Shown: one piece after another, positions 52,490 to 52,606 of the stretch
How positions within the stretch are numbered: position 1 is the first letter of the stretch
Layout: the number at the start of each line of letters is the position of its first letter
Origin: Candidatus Aerophobota bacterium
Lineage (GTDB): Bacteria > Aerophobota > Aerophobia > Aerophobales > JAGGXI01
Reading direction: 5' to 3'
Length of the DNA: 52,606 nt
Assembly (NCBI GenBank): GCA_021163155.1
Contig: JAGGXI010000085.1
Coordinates: 1 to 52,606 of the forward strand
Notes under the pieces: generated by a model
Told to the model about the DNA's origin: nothing
The model's database searches: none
What the model saw: the letters and a program-made list of their open reading frames with translations, nothing else
Position numbers and translations under genes: made by a program

Positions 52490-52606
52490 AAGTGGACTAT
52501 GTTAAGGTTAGAATTTTTAACCGGGTAGACATCACAAAGTATATCTTTATACCAGATTCTAACCTCTGCTAGGCCTGTTTTCTCATCAGGGGCAATACGA
52601 AGTTCA

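Noticed and set aside
52500-52606. 10-bp inverted repeat AGGTTAGAAT...ATTCTAACCT after the ThiF-like gene, as a terminator or element end
   Set aside because: The loop is ~32 nt with no T-tract, and the window ends 40 nt later. There is too little context to call it.

Overview
AT-rich bacterial chromosome segment (about one third G+C by eye). Its housekeeping synteny looks Firmicutes-like or deep-branching, with radA-disA-PIN/TRAM-ispD-ispF-cysS in the classic Bacillus order. There are four strand blocks.

(1) 660-13461, minus strand: an accessory surface-glycan island. It encodes a pseudaminic-acid-type nonulosonic acid pathway (pseB, pseC, pseI, SpsF/PseG) plus unusual tailoring genes. It also carries two decayed RAYT-like transposase elements.

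(2) 13.8-29.5 kb, plus strand: a tRNA-Lys/Glu/Val cluster, then a DUF164 Zn-ribbon gene, ruvX, mltG, hisS, aspS, priA, a DUF1385 gene and alaS. A small restriction-modification islet follows, ending at tRNA-Thr.

(3) 29.9-44.3 kb, minus strand: cysS, ispF, ispD, PIN/TRAM, disA, radA, mreB, murA, a SurA-like gene, mfd and prfA.

(4) 44.5-52.5 kb, plus strand: AbrB/VapC, an M16 peptidase, a decayed defence/TA patch, then an Rrf2-headed cluster. That cluster has three MoaD-like GG-terminal proteins, MoaE and a ThiF/MoeB E1-like enzyme, interleaved with gene fragments.

No rRNA, CRISPR array, cas gene, reverse transcriptase or intact transposase was seen.

I could not identify one clear-cut novel system. 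The best candidates are:
(a) the alaS/tRNA-Thr islet, where a DNA methyltransferase carries an N-terminal domain otherwise typical of tyrosine integrases, next to an uncharacterised PD-(D/E)xK-like nuclease and a second methyltransferase;
(b) a 9 x 7-nt tandem repeat sitting in frame inside pseC, in a glycan island that also has a MerR-PseB fusion and a YerE/YerF-like pair;
(c) the redundant ubiquitin-like sulfur-carrier cluster;
(d) at least five intergenic repeat families that reshape ORF termini.

All functional calls come from motif recognition by eye. No database search was run.
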